A stretch of DNA of 64,000 nt, filler included, from an uncultured bacterium (GCA_964637655.1; 11 parts of 11 records of this genome joined end to end with filler, not necessarily neighbours in it), one strand, 5' to 3'. Counted from the whole stretch's first letter, positions 29,255 to 44,275 are shown. The notes: generated by a model not told the origin, from the letters alone. Numbers and translations are program-made.

Positions 29255-29778
29255 ATGTCCATGCTGCTCATCGCCATCTTTGTGCTCGCGTATGCCGCTA
29301 TCGCGCTCGAGCACCCGCTCAAGGTCAACAAGTCCGCCTCCGCGCTCATCGGCGCCGGGCTGCTCTGGACCGTCTATGCGCTCAGCACCGGTGACCACAA
29401 CCTGGTCAGCCATAACCTGAGCGAATCGCTTGCTGCCACCGCGCAGATCGTCTTCTTTCTCATGGGCGCCATGGCCATCGTCGAGGTGGTCGACGCGCAC
29501 AACGGCTTCGAGGTCATCACCTCGCGCATCCGCACCACGAAACTGAACGTGCTGATGTGGCTCGTCGGGTTCGTCACCTTCTTCCTCTCCGCCATCCTCG
29601 ACAACCTCACCACCACCATCGTCATGATCTCGCTGATGAAAAAGCTGCTCGGCAACCGCGACGACCGCCTCTTTTTCGCCGGGATGATCGTCATCGCCGC
29701 CAATGCCGGCGGCGCCTGGTCACCCAACGGCGACGTGACGACCACCAAGCTGTGGATCGGCGGGCAGATCACCACGCT
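29255..29778 (+). CDS. nhaD: NhaD-family Na+/H+ antiporter, tandem copy 2, 3' truncated
   Basis: Near-identical to the N-terminal part of copy 1; has its own TTGACA..TATACA promoter-like signal. Confidence 0.9.
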
Positions 29779-29878
29779 NNNNNNNNNNNNNNNNNNNNNN
29801 NNNNNNNNNNNNNNNNNNNNNNTTAATTAATTAANNNNNNNNNNNNNNNNNNNNNNNNNNNNNNNNNNNNNNNNNNNN

Positions 29879-30030
29879 GCGAGAAGAAAGCGCGCCCCGC
29901 AGGGGCAACCGGAACGACAGTGACGGTTGGCTTACTGTGAGCGGCCGGGCCCGTGCGCAGCACGGAAAGGTGGCCGCGAGAAGAAAGCGCGCCCCGCAGG
30001 GGCAACCGGAACGACAGTGACGGTTGGCTT
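29879..30030. repeat. Direct repeat with 97-bp period and GCA-triloop hairpins, at contig start
   Basis: Identical 55-bp copies at 29879-29933 and 29976-30030. Confidence 0.9.
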
Positions 30031-30168
30031 CCCTCCCGACCATGTAATTATACCACACGTATGGCGCGGGAGGGGGCTTTTTTCACCGTACCGCCGACTG
30101 GCAAAATATCCGTTGACGCCCGCCGGCGGCGGTGGTACAATCACTACGCGTCACAAGGAGGGGCAATA

Positions 30169-30741
30169 TTGGCGAAATCAATCCCCGGTCGCCCTAAAAT
30201 CTTCCTTATTGGCGGCCCGATTGGCGCCGGCAAAACAACGTCCGCTTTTGCCTTGTTGCCGCAACTGCTTGATTGTTCTGAATAGGTCAACGCCGACGCC
30301 ATCGCTTCCGGCCTTTCTCCGTTCCAGCCGGAAACAGTTTCCCTGCAGGCCGGGAAACTGATGGTGCGCAGGGTCAGCGAACTGGCGAAGGCGCGTGCAA
30401 ATTTCGCCTTCGAGACAACCATGGCCTCGCGCAGTTTCGCCCCTTTCCTCGCCCGTTGCCGGAGCAACGGCTATCTGGTTTCCATCGCCTACGTGTTTCT
30501 CGATTCTCCACACCTGGCCGTGCAGCGCGTCCGCGAGCGGGTCGCTGCCGGCGGACACCATGTTGCCAGGGTAGATATCATCCGACGCTATCATGCCGGC
30601 CGGCGAAATTTCCTGAAACTGTATCTCCCGCTGGCCGACCACTGGTATGCTTTCAACAACTCAGGCGAGTCGCCCGCGCTTATCGCCTGCGACAATCACG
30701 ATGGCGCGGTTGCCGTGCATGATGCTAACTCTGGCAACTGA
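30169..30741 (+). pseudogene. Zeta-toxin-like P-loop ATPase, decayed
   Basis: GGPIGAGKTT, E*VNADAIA (TAG at 30283-30285), FAFETT, RVRERVAAGGH; apparent C-terminal frameshift (LWQLIQ lies in another frame). Confidence 0.8.
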
Positions 30742-30756
30742 TTCAGCGCGGGTGCA

Positions 30757-30918
30757 ATGGGACCACGAACGGCAGCTGAAGAAAAGAGAATCCTGCTGCG
30801 CGGCATCCGCAAGGGTGTACGCGATGCTTTGCGCGAACACAAGCGCGCCAGCCGCTGCATCTATGTCTCCCGCAACGGCAAAGTCGTCAGGCTAACCCCA
30901 AAACAGATTTCTGTCTGA
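30757..30918 (+). CDS. 53-aa partner (putative antitoxin) of the zeta-like ATPase
   Basis: MGPRTAAEEKRILLRGIRKGVRDALREHKRASRCIYVSRNGKVVRLTPKQISV resembles the small ORFs that typically follow these ATPases. Confidence 0.7.
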   Translation: MGPRTAAEEKRILLRGIRKGVRDALREHKRASRCIYVSRNGKVVRLTPKQISV

Positions 30919-30952
30919 ACCAGACCAGCTGAATGTCGGCTCGGTCAAAGCG

Positions 30953-31181
<229 letters not shown>

Positions 31182-31227
31182 TCCTCACTGCAGCACAGCG
31201 GCACCGCAGTATCAGTCGGCAGCATTC

Positions 31228-31263
31228 AGGGGCGGCGGGTAATCCCGCCGCCCCTTCTTCTTG
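31228..31263 (+). terminator. Rho-independent terminator after the groEL 3' end
   Basis: GGGGCGGCGGG-TAAT-CCCGCCGCCCC followed by TTCTTCTT. Confidence 0.8.
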
Positions 31264-31512
31264 TCAGTACCAGGTAGAGGTGTGTCAGTCACACGTCACA
31301 GTAAAAACACGGCTCGCCCGGCAGCAAATGCCGGGGCGTGAACCGGCGGACAGCAGCGCGTGCCGACAGTGACGGTAGCGCCGAAGTACAGGTAGCGGCC
31401 GGTCACATTGGTACACGCCGGTCAGCGCTCAAGGCCCGGTTGGTTCGGGTTGCCCGTCTTCGCGAAGTGCACCCTGCGGGCCAGCATCGCCGCGGAAATC
31501 CGCCCCCCGTCC

Positions 31513-33324
31513 TCAACGGATTCGGTATACCTTCATGCTCCCCCCGATGGTGCCCGCCGTTTCTTCCTGCCAGAACCAGGCATAGGCGCCTGGCCGGCCG
31601 TCGGTCAACCCCTGCAGGCACGTGACGCTCACTACGTAATTCCCCGGTTGACGCCGGAAGATCGCTGTTTCCGGGATGGGCGGCAGATCAACACCGTAGA
31701 ATCCAGGTTCGACTGATCCGAAATACGCCAGCGAGAACGGCTCTTCACCGGGTGGTACAGCGCGCAGGTAATCGCGCAGCAGCTGCAGATCCTGCCCGCT
31801 GTCCACGTCATTCAGGCACAGATAGCGGTGCAGCCCGGTCACCCCGCCCGCCAGCGAATTGGCAAACGCGTCTGCATGCGGCAGGGTGAAGAGCAGCGGC
31901 AGCATCAGGACCACGCTCATCAGCGCCAGTGTCAGCCAGCGCCGGATGACACCCCCCGCATTCCGGGCCAACCCGGCCAGGAACAGATGCAGCAGGGGAT
32001 ACAGCGGCAGCAGGTAGCGCACACCGTTGGGCAGCCGGATCGTCAGACCGACGAGGAAAATCACCGCAGCCGGTACCAGGAAAAAGCGGTCATCCGGCCA
32101 GTCGCGCCGACGCAGCAGCACTACGCGCCACGCCAGAAACAGCAGTACCGGCAGCGGCGTCTTCAGCAGCAGCACCACCGGCCAGTAGAACCAGGGCGCG
32201 GTGGTGATATTGTCGCCCCAGAAAAACCCGGCATGCTCCAGCCGGGTATGCAGGAAAAGCTGCAGCAAGCCGGCGAAGAAATCGGGCATCGGAATCACCC
32301 GCAGATACCTGTCCTGGGCCAGCAGGACCTGGAGTGCGGGTTGCGGCAGTTCCCTCAGGGCACACCAGTCGCGTTCCACATGTGCCAGAAAACGGCCGGT
32401 CTCGCCGCGGTAGCAGCCCCACACCGTCAGCGTGGCCAGCAGCACAAACAACGCGGGCGGCGCCAGCCGTCGGGCGGCGCCCCGTTCCCGCCGGCCGACG
32501 GCAATCGCCGCCCACCCGGCCACCAGGAGGAACAGGTAGACAACCGCGGTCAACTTCGATGCCGCCGCCAGACCGGCGAAGGCCGCCGCCAGCACGAAGG
32601 CCAGCGGCGCGCGGGTGGCAGCGTAGCAGCGGAGCGCATACGCGGATGCCAGGGTGAACGCCGCCAGAAAGATGTCGGCCCCGGCGGTGGCGGCGCCAGC
32701 GCACAGTGCCGGTGAACAAACGGTCGCCACCGCGTACAACACCGCACTTTTCTCGCCCAGATCGCGGCGCGCCCACGCGTACCCGGTAAGGATGATCAGC
32801 AGCCAGGCCAGCAGCGACGGGATCCTCGCCCGCCGCAGCATGCCCGGGTGATCGTTGCCCGACCGGTAGAACACCGTGTTCGCGTACGCGATCAGTTCGT
32901 TGGCGTCTTCGCGGCTGATGGTTGGCGGCGGCATGAAGAATGGCCGGAAACCGACCGCGGCGGCGAATAACTGACGGGGCAGCGGCGGGTGCTCGGGAAC
33001 ATACCGATAATCGCCGGCATACAGGTTCAGCAGGCCACCGGCAATATCCATCGGTTCGTCGAAGGCGGGGGTTTTTACCGTCGTGATCAGCGCCCACTGG
33101 CCGACGGCCAGGACCAGAAGCAGGGTGAGCAGCAGCGCGCCGGTGCGGGATCGCCAGCCGCCACAGCGCCCCGTCGATAGCGCGGGTTCCGTGTCCGGGC
33201 GGCAGACCGGACCGGCGGCTCCGTCTCCCTTCCGGCCGGCTGTCGGCGCCGGGTCAGGCATGAGCGAAAAAAGCGGACAGTGCATCGCCACCCGCTTGAA
33301 CAGGGGAGCAAGGTGCATATTCAT
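31513..33324 (-). CDS. GT-C fold membrane glycosyltransferase (ArnT/PMT-like)
   Basis: TPAFDEP, EHPPL, SKLTA, YWPVVLLLKTPL, GVRYLLPLYP, DSGQDL; many TM segments. Start uncertain. Confidence 0.85.
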   Translation of the reverse strand: MNMHLAPLFKRVAMHCPLFSLMPDPAPTAGRKGDGAAGPVCRPDTEPALSTGRCGGWRSRTGALLLTLLLVLAVGQWALITTVKTPAFDEPMDIAGGLLNLYAGDYRYVPEHPPLPRQLFAAAVGFRPFFMPPPTISREDANELIAYANTVFYRSGNDHPGMLRRARIPSLLAWLLIILTGYAWARRDLGEKSAVLYAVATVCSPALCAGAATAGADIFLAAFTLASAYALRCYAATRAPLAFVLAAAFAGLAAASKLTAVVYLFLLVAGWAAIAVGRRERGAARRLAPPALFVLLATLTVWGCYRGETGRFLAHVERDWCALRELPQPALQVLLAQDRYLRVIPMPDFFAGLLQLFLHTRLEHAGFFWGDNITTAPWFYWPVVLLLKTPLPVLLFLAWRVVLLRRRDWPDDRFFLVPAAVIFLVGLTIRLPNGVRYLLPLYPLLHLFLAGLARNAGGVIRRWLTLALMSVVLMLPLLFTLPHADAFANSLAGGVTGLHRYLCLNDVDSGQDLQLLRDYLRAVPPGEEPFSLAYFGSVEPGFYGVDLPPIPETAIFRRQPGNYVVSVTCLQGLTDGRPGAYAWFWQEETAGTIGGSMKVYRIR

Positions 33325-33747
33325 GGAACTATTCTACCGCCGTTTCTGACTGTCGTCAATGAGTTTCCCTGACGGGCAGCAGTTCGGCAACGTAGACGCT
33401 GGCAGCAGGGGAGCATAGTCGCAATCATGTATGTTGCGCAATTTTTCTGTCGCAGGCGTCTCTTCTTCGGCTGTCCATAGGACAGTCAATCCCGCCTCCG
33501 CGGGGCCGGTAAGCCCTTTCAACTTCATGCCGCTGCCGCAAACCTGCCGGCACGCGTGTACGTGTCGCAACTCCGGCTGTAGCGGGCGATATCCGCCCGG
33601 GTCAGGCCGTAAAAGGGAGCGGCGCGCTGCCATGGCGCAACTGCACGGGCGGCAGCGTGGCGCTCGATTGACGCGCCGGACACGCCGGCCGTTTCTCCAT
33701 TCCCGCCCCCCCGCGGGGGGTGTCGCGGCTGTCCGGCACCGTCTGCG

Positions 33748-34950
33748 TCAGTAGATGCCGGTCAGCGGGAACAGGTTGCCCCGGACGAGCTGCCACAGAT
33801 AGATAACCCCGAGCAGGGGTTTGAGCTCGTAGCTGCCCGGATTATACTGTACATACATCACGTCATGCGTGTCATAGAACGGCAGCACCAGATAGGCCGA
33901 GTTCAGAAGAATCCCCAGCATGAGCAGGAGTACCGTGCCGGTGCGACGCGGCATCAGCAGCAGCGCCGGGGTCAGTGCCAGCATGGCGGTGGCGTAAAAC
34001 CGGTGGTAGCCGTCATTCCAGGCAAACCAGCTGGCATACAGCGCCCAGGCAAAAAACGCCGCCCACAGATACGGTGCGGCGCGGCGGTTGACCAGGGGCA
34101 GTGCCAGCAGCAGCGGGCAGGCGACCAGCAGGTTGTCGCCGATCGTCAGCCATCCCCGCCACCAGCCGTCGAGCGACCAGAAAAAGCAGTGCGCTCCGTT
34201 ATCGATGATATTGCCCGATTTGATGTAGTTCAGCGCCATGGTATAGCCGGCGGCAAAGGCAACCGCCGTACCGACAGCCAGCACGGTCGTGAGGAACGTC
34301 CGCCGGTCGTGCCGCCGCCAGGCCGGAATCAGCAGTATCAGCGTGGTCAACGCGGTATTCACTGCGGCTTCGGGTTTCATGAGCACCGCCGCCATCAGCG
34401 CCAGGAGCGCCACCAGGAGCCCGCGCCGTCCGGCCGGGCTCTGCGGCGCCATCAGGAATTGTTCCTGAAAGAACACCTGCACCACCAGCAGCACCCCCAG
34501 CTGGACATACTGGAAATAGGAGAAGAGATACGGTGTCGTCACCGAGCCGAACAGGGCAAACCCGGCGGCAAAAAAGTACGCCGCATCGGGCTGCTGCCAG
34601 GCGCGCTGCAGGCGGCGCAGCAGGTAGAGCAACAGGACCAGCCACGGCAGCTGATTGAAGACCAGCGCATCGGGTGCCATGGACCAGAACAGCGCCGGCA
34701 CCACCAGATTGGCCACGTTATCCTTGCCGAAGTACCGGCCGGCCGCGTCACGGATCAGGATGGTGTCGTAGCGCTCGAAAAATTCAACCTGGGCAGCAGA
34801 CAGATAGAAGGTTCCTGACCGCACCATCTGTTGCATGGTCATGATATTGAGGAGTTCGTTTGACAGCAGCAGCTGATGCTGCCCCCACTGCCAGCCCGCC
34901 AGCAGGAGAATGGCTGCCGCCAGTACGTGGACCAGCACGAAACGCCTCAC
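33748..34950 (-). CDS. Polytopic membrane protein, GT-C-like; paralogue of 6137-6627
   Basis: GTG start overlaps the upstream TGA; LLSNELL..MVRSGTFYLS; many TM segments. Confidence 0.75.
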   Translation of the reverse strand: MRRFVLVHVLAAAILLLAGWQWGQHQLLLSNELLNIMTMQQMVRSGTFYLSAAQVEFFERYDTILIRDAAGRYFGKDNVANLVVPALFWSMAPDALVFNQLPWLVLLLYLLRRLQRAWQQPDAAYFFAAGFALFGSVTTPYLFSYFQYVQLGVLLVVQVFFQEQFLMAPQSPAGRRGLLVALLALMAAVLMKPEAAVNTALTTLILLIPAWRRHDRRTFLTTVLAVGTAVAFAAGYTMALNYIKSGNIIDNGAHCFFWSLDGWWRGWLTIGDNLLVACPLLLALPLVNRRAAPYLWAAFFAWALYASWFAWNDGYHRFYATAMLALTPALLLMPRRTGTVLLLMLGILLNSAYLVLPFYDTHDVMYVQYNPGSYELKPLLGVIYLWQLVRGNLFPLTGIY

Positions 34951-35318
34951 GGGACGCCTGCCAGCGCCAGCAGGCGTTCGCGATATGCGGGATAGCGTTG
35001 CGCCAGCGTCAGCGCCGCCCGGCGGGCTGCTGCCGTTTCTCCCCGGCGCATCAGCGCGCCGACCAGCAGTTCTCCCACCTTCGGCGCATCCGGCAAAAAC
35101 GAATTGCGGGTGAAATAATCGCCGGCCAGCCCGAGCAGTTCCGCATCCGCCGCCGGGGTGTGCTGCCCGGCCAGGTGGCACAGCCAGGCATACTCGCGTT
35201 CCGCCGGCCGGTAACCGAAGTGGGCAAACAGCGTCAGGGCCAGCAGATAGCCCAGCGTCAACGCCAGCAGGATGGTGGTCTTCCGGTCGGCACCGCTCCT
35301 GGAATCATGCGCCATCAT
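34947..35318 (-). CDS. Small membrane-anchored protein (YRPxxREY / RNxxLPxA) with a TPR-like tail
   Basis: TM helix, YRPAEREY, RNSFLPDA; ends VP*. Confidence 0.7.
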   Translation of the reverse strand: MMAHDSRSGADRKTTILLALTLGYLLALTLFAHFGYRPAEREYAWLCHLAGQHTPAADAELLGLAGDYFTRNSFLPDAPKVGELLVGALMRRGETAAARRAALTLAQRYPAYRERLLALAGVP

Positions 35319-35397
35319 GCCTGCGCGGTTTCCTCTCTGCCTCCGGCGTTTTGCTGTGGCCAGTTGCCCGTCATTGTAGCAGTGACGCCATCCGTCG

Positions 35398-35705
35398 TCA
35401 ACAGGTGCTTTGGCCGGCGTTCCGCGACGGCAGCTGCGCCAGGTAATCCGCCAGTCCGCTGTAGACGTCGTAGCGCGGCTCATAGCCCAGCACCGTGCGC
35501 AGGTTGAAGGTATCCACCACGCGATGCGCCACGTTATCAATTTCGCGCGGCGGGATGGTCAGGAGCGGCTTGCCGGTGCGCCCGGCCAGCCAGCGGGCCA
35601 GGTCGCCGAGCCGGGTGGATATGCCGGTGCCGATGTTGACCTCCACTTCCGGGCGCCGGCGGATGAACGCCTGCAGGGCGGGCACCACATCCTTGATATA
35701 CGTAA
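35398..35705 (-). CDS. NAD-dependent epimerase/dehydratase, C-terminal fragment
   Basis: YIKDVV..VNIGTG..LGYEPRY..GL. Confidence 0.75.
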
Positions 35706-35805
35706 NNNNNNNNNNNNNNNNNNNNNNNNNNNNNNNNNNNNNNNNNNNNTTAATTAATTAANNNNNNNNNNNNNNNNNNNNNNNNNNNNNNNNNNNNNNN
35801 NNNNN

Positions 35806-38357
<2,552 letters not shown>

Positions 38358-38388
38358 AGCCGGTGATGCTCCTTCGTCCGTCCCTGCC

Positions 38389-40308
<1,920 letters not shown>

Positions 40309-40659
40309 TTACCCTTCCTTCCGTCGTCCTGCCCAGCCGCCGCCGTGCGGCGGCACCACCTTGGTGCGCAGTTCCCGCGCCCGCGGCCCGCCGGCCGCGG
40401 CATTGACCGCGGCGAGGATCTGCGGGGCGGCGAGCAGCACTTCCTGCGCCCAGACGGGCGCGTCCACCCGCACCCACAGCGTCGTATCGTTCCAGCGCAG
40501 CGGCTGCGCGTGCCCGCGCAGCGCCGCCGGCAGCAGGTCATCCCAGCGGGCGATGACCGCTTCGCGTCCCGCGTCGCGCACCAGCGGCAGGCGGGCGAGG
40601 ATCTCCGCCGCGCTCTGCGGCGTGCCGCGGTAGCGCTTGCGCCGTTCAGGCGGCGGCAT
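40309..40659 (-). CDS. DUF721/DciA-family protein
   Basis: W...L..H..P......L.V.V..PVWAQE pattern; canonical position between recF and gyrB. Confidence 0.85.
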   Translation of the reverse strand: MPPPERRKRYRGTPQSAAEILARLPLVRDAGREAVIARWDDLLPAALRGHAQPLRWNDTTLWVRVDAPVWAQEVLLAAPQILAAVNAAAGGPRARELRTKVVPPHGGGWAGRRKEG

Positions 40660-41627
40660 CGATCGTCCCCCGCGTCAGGCGGAACACCTGCGTACCCGCG
40701 GGCAGCGCTGCCGGGGGCAGCGCCGTCGTCAGAAAGCACTGCCCGGTGCCGCGCAGCGCCGCCAGCACCCGCTCACGCCGTTCCCCGTCGAGCGGGTTGA
40801 ACGGCTCGTCGAGGATGAGCACCGGCGTGTCGCCCGCCACCGCGCGCAGGTCCGCGTATTCCGCCAGACGCAGCGCCAGCGCCAGCAGGTAGCGTTCCGC
40901 CCCCGACCCGTACTGCCGCGCGCCCTGCCCGTCGAGCCGCAGGTCGAGGTCGTCGCGGTGCGGCCCGACCAGCGTCTGCTGCCGCTGCAGTTCGCGCGGC
41001 CGCGCCTCGACCAGCGCCGCCTGCAGGACCGCCTGCAGCGCCGCCACGCTGTCGGCCCCTGCCAGCGGGATGCTGGCGCGGTAGGCGGCCGTCAGTTCCG
41101 CGCCGCCGTGCAGCGCCCGGTAGAGCGTCTGCGCCTGCGGCAGCAGCAGGGCGAGCCCGCGCCGCCGCGCGTCGAGCAGCACCGCCCCGTGCTGCGCCAC
41201 CTGCAGATCCCAGTCGGGCAGGCCCGCACTGCGGCGCGGGTTGCGCACATCAGCGAGCAGGCGGTTGCGCTGCTCGACGGCCTGCCAGTAGCGGCGCAGC
41301 GCCTCGTAGTAGCCCGCCTCGCGCCGCGCCAGCCACATGTCGAGGTAGCGGCGGCGCACCTGCGGCGCCCCGTTGACCAGCAGCGCGTCGTCCGGCGTGA
41401 ACAGCACCGCCAGCCAGGCACGCAGGAAATCGGCCTGCGTCGCCTTCTTGCCGTCCCGCAGCAGCGTCTTGGCCCCCGTCGCGGCGATGGTCACCGTCAG
41501 CGTCACCGCGCCGGCCGGCGTGCTGATCTCCCCCTCGACGAAGGCGCGCTCCCCGCCCAGGCGCACGAGTTGCGCCAGCTGGCGGAAGGGGCGGAACGAC
41601 TGCCCGGCATTGAGCAGGAAGACCGCC
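40646..41627 (-). CDS. recF: DNA replication/repair protein RecF, 5' truncated
   Basis: SFR, P..RRRYLD, QRNRLL, GPHRDDL, PVLILDE...LD..RR. Confidence 0.93.
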
Positions 41628-41727
41628 NNNNNNNNNNNNNNNNNNNNNNNNNNNNNNNNNNNNNNNNNNNNTTAATTAATTAANNNNNNNNNNNNNNNNN
41701 NNNNNNNNNNNNNNNNNNNNNNNNNNN

Positions 41728-42219
41728 GTGGGAGTAGTTCCCCAGTTGCCCGCCCCCTGCGGCGCCGATGGCGTCGCGCACTGCGGCCGCATGGCTCTCC
41801 GGGACGAAGACCGCGAACTTGACCATGCGCCCTCCCCTCCCCTGCAGCGGACGCACGTCGCGCAGCCCCGCCTTCGCCGCGAGCACGTCGTTCATCCCGC
41901 CGGCCACCGCGTCGTAATTGGTGTGCATGACCACCAGCGCGATATCGTGCCGGATGAGGTCGCGCACCAGGTCGGGAATGCGCGTCCCCGCCGTGACGGT
42001 CTTCAGCGGCTGGTAGATGAGCGGGTGATGCGCGATGATCAGGTTGCAGCGGCGCTGCACCGCCAGCGTCACCGTCGCGCGGGTGACATCGAGCGCGACG
42101 AGGATGCCGCGCAGCGTCGCGCGCGGGTCGCCCAGTTGCAGCCCGATGCGATCGTGTTCCAGCGCCAGGTCGGGCGGCGCGAGGGTGCGGCAGAGACGGA
42201 CAGCATCAGCAATGCGCAT
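41728..42219 (-). CDS. Nif3-like dinuclear metal protein, 3' truncated
   Basis: DRIGLQLG, IIAHHPLI, HTNYD...GMND, KFAVFVP, GNYSH. Confidence 0.92.
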
Positions 42220-42278
42220 GGGCTACCTCCGGTACAGGGTGCGGACAGTGTAGCGGAAATCGCGGGAAAAGGGAAGTG

Positions 42279-42899
42279 TCAGGCGGCGGTCAGGCCCTGC
42301 AGCGCCGTGACCACGATGTCGCGCGCCACCGCCCGCTGCGCGAGGATGCGTTCCAGTTTCTGCCGCACCTTCATCAGGGTGTTGTCGATATGCTTGGGGG
42401 TGACGCCGAGTTCCGCCGCCATCCGCTGGTAGGGTTTGCCGTCGAGGTAGGCGCAGAGCACGCGGTACTCGCGCGACGAGAGCCCGGCAGCGACCGCATC
42501 GCGCACATCGGCAATCGCCTCGTCAGTGAGCAGCCGTGCGTCGGGAGTCAGGGCCGGGTCGGCGAGCGTCGCCACCCCCTCCTCGGTCAGCGGCGCCGCA
42601 TCGCCGTTCTTCGCGCGCAGCGCGGCAATAATCTGCCGCCGCGTGCAGAGCGTGGCAAAGGTCGGAAAGGACGAATTGCGCGTGGCGTCGTAATGGCGGA
42701 TGGCCTTGCAGAACCCGATGTTCCCCTCCTGCCGCAGGTCATCGATGTCGGTGGCAGTGAAGCGGTAGCGCTCCGCCACCCGGTGGATCAGTGACTGGTA
42801 GCGCCGGATAAGGTCGCGCTGCGCACACAGATCCCCGGCCTGAGCGGAACTCACGAGATGGAGGTCTTCGCGCTTCTGCGGCGCTGCCGTGTCTGACAT
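42279..42899 (-). CDS. SigH(Spo0H)-like sigma-70 factor
   Basis: DDLRQEGNIGFCKAIRHYD...SFPTFA.LC.RRQI; LSSRE..VL..YLDGKPY..MA..L....K.IDNTL. Confidence 0.85.
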   Translation of the reverse strand: MSDTAAPQKREDLHLVSSAQAGDLCAQRDLIRRYQSLIHRVAERYRFTATDIDDLRQEGNIGFCKAIRHYDATRNSSFPTFATLCTRRQIIAALRAKNGDAAPLTEEGVATLADPALTPDARLLTDEAIADVRDAVAAGLSSREYRVLCAYLDGKPYQRMAAELGVTPKHIDNTLMKVRQKLERILAQRAVARDIVVTALQGLTAA

Positions 42900-42954
42900 C
42901 TGTCGTCTGTCCTTCTTCGCGTACGGTGTCTGTCCGCAACGATAAGTAAGAGTA

Positions 42955-42982
42955 ATTCTACCACAGAGTTGTAAGTTGTCAA
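42955..42982 (-). promoter_or_regulatory. sigma70-type promoter of the SigH-like gene
   Basis: TTGACA, 16-nt spacer, TG-extended TAGAAT, in an AT-rich intergenic region. Confidence 0.6.
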
Positions 42983-43081
42983 TGCCTTACTTCCTGTTTT
43001 ATTATAAATTATTTATATCAAGCATGTTATGAACAGCGCTCCGCGACCGTTCAAGGATGAACAGAGTTGATGCGGAACAAA

Positions 43082-44275
43082 TCAGGTATGGTAGGCGGAA
43101 TTCACTTCCACATACTTATAGGAGAGGTCGCTGAACCAGACCGTGGTTGCCGCTTTTCCCCTTCCCAGGTCGATGCGGCATTCTATCTTCTTGCCCATAA
43201 ACAAGTTAGACGGTGCTTTGTGCAGCGGCATGGCGTTTTTCACCAGTACGGTCCTGCCTACCGTGACAACCACCTTTTCCGCATCGAGCGGAATACCGCT
43301 GTAGCCGACCGCCGCCACAATGCGCCCCCAGTTGGGGTCGCCCCCGAAAAGTGCGCACTGCACCAGTTGCGACTGCGCGACGGCCTTGGCGATAACTTTG
43401 GCTTCCTTCTCCGTTCTGGCTCCCGCCACGGTCAGTTCCATCATGCGCGTGGCCCCTTCGCCGTCACGCACCATCGCCCGGGCGAGCTTGCCGCATACCT
43501 GTTCCAGCGCCCGTGCAAAGGGGGCCAGCGCCGCGCCGCGCACGGGACGGTTGCCCGCCTTGCCGGAGGCCATGACAAACAGCGAATCGTTGGTCGAGGT
43601 GTCGCCGTCGACGACGATGGCGTTGAAGGTGCGGTCGGCCACCTGCCGCGTCAGACGCTGCAGTTCCGCCTTGCCGATATTCGCGTCGGTAAAAACATAC
43701 GCGAGCATGGTCGCCATGTTCGGGTGGATCATCCCCGCCCCCTTGGCGAACCCGTAGACCGTCACCTGTTTCCCGCCGAGGCGGCAGGTGGCGGACGCGC
43801 TCTTGGGGAAGGCGTCGGTGGTCATGATGGCACGCGCCACCTCCGGCCCCTTGCGCGGCGAGAGTCCCGCCACCAGCGTGGCCATCTGTGCGCTGATCTT
43901 TGCCGCCGGCAGCAGGTGCCCGATGACCCCGGTCGAGGACATCATCACCGCGCCGCGCCGCAGGCCGAGTTGCGCCGCGACCTGCGCGGTCAGCGCATCG
44001 ACCGCGCGCAGCCCGGCCGCGCCGGTGCAGGCGTTGGCATTGCCGCTGTTGATGAGAATCGCGCTGGGATTGCCGCGCCGCACCGCCGCGCGGCCGCGGA
44101 TGACCGGGGCGGCGGCGAAACGGTTGGTGGTGAAGACCGCGGCGGTGGTACAGCCGTCGGGTGCCGCCAGCAGCGCAACGTCATTGCCCTTGCGCTTGAG
44201 CCCCGCGCGCGCGGCGGCAAAAATAAATCCTGGTACCGTAGTCATCTGGTTTCTCCGCAAATCGGTCACCCGCAT
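43082..44275 (-). CDS. argJ: Ornithine acetyltransferase
   Basis: NSGNANACTG, STGVIG, IMTTD, KGAGMIHPNMATML, DGDTSTND, DGEGAT, DPNWGRI. Confidence 0.97.
   Translation of the reverse strand: MRVTDLRRNQMTTVPGFIFAAARAGLKRKGNDVALLAAPDGCTTAAVFTTNRFAAAPVIRGRAAVRRGNPSAILINSGNANACTGAAGLRAVDALTAQVAAQLGLRRGAVMMSSTGVIGHLLPAAKISAQMATLVAGLSPRKGPEVARAIMTTDAFPKSASATCRLGGKQVTVYGFAKGAGMIHPNMATMLAYVFTDANIGKAELQRLTRQVADRTFNAIVVDGDTSTNDSLFVMASGKAGNRPVRGAALAPFARALEQVCGKLARAMVRDGEGATRMMELTVAGARTEKEAKVIAKAVAQSQLVQCALFGGDPNWGRIVAAVGYSGIPLDAEKVVVTVGRTVLVKNAMPLHKAPSNLFMGKKIECRIDLGRGKAATTVWFSDLSYKYVEVNSAYHT

Noticed and set aside
29720..29778. Unusual substitutions in NhaD copy 2 (PNGD, TTKLW)
   Set aside because: Both are T-to-A changes in the last 60 bp of a contig, probably low-coverage errors.
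29879..30030. CRISPR array
   Set aside because: Only two copies, a repeat of at least 55 bp, no typical GAAAC/G end and no cas genes. Kept only as an unexplained repeat.
498..30285. Amber (TAG) recoding, suggested by two in-frame TAGs at Tyr/Phe-like positions (498-500 and 30283-30285)
   Set aside because: TAG ends htpG, the cyclase, the Gfo/Idh/MocA gene and others at natural C-termini. The zeta-like gene has other lesions, and the only tRNA here reads CCT, not CTA.
31270..31510. Possible ncRNA or attachment site after the groEL terminator; 13-bp match CGACAGTGACGGT to the 29879 repeat
   Set aside because: No convincing fold, and the match is too short to separate from chance without a search.
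33334..33745. Possible small ORF or remnant between the two GT-C genes
   Set aside because: No RBS, motif or codon pattern I can support.
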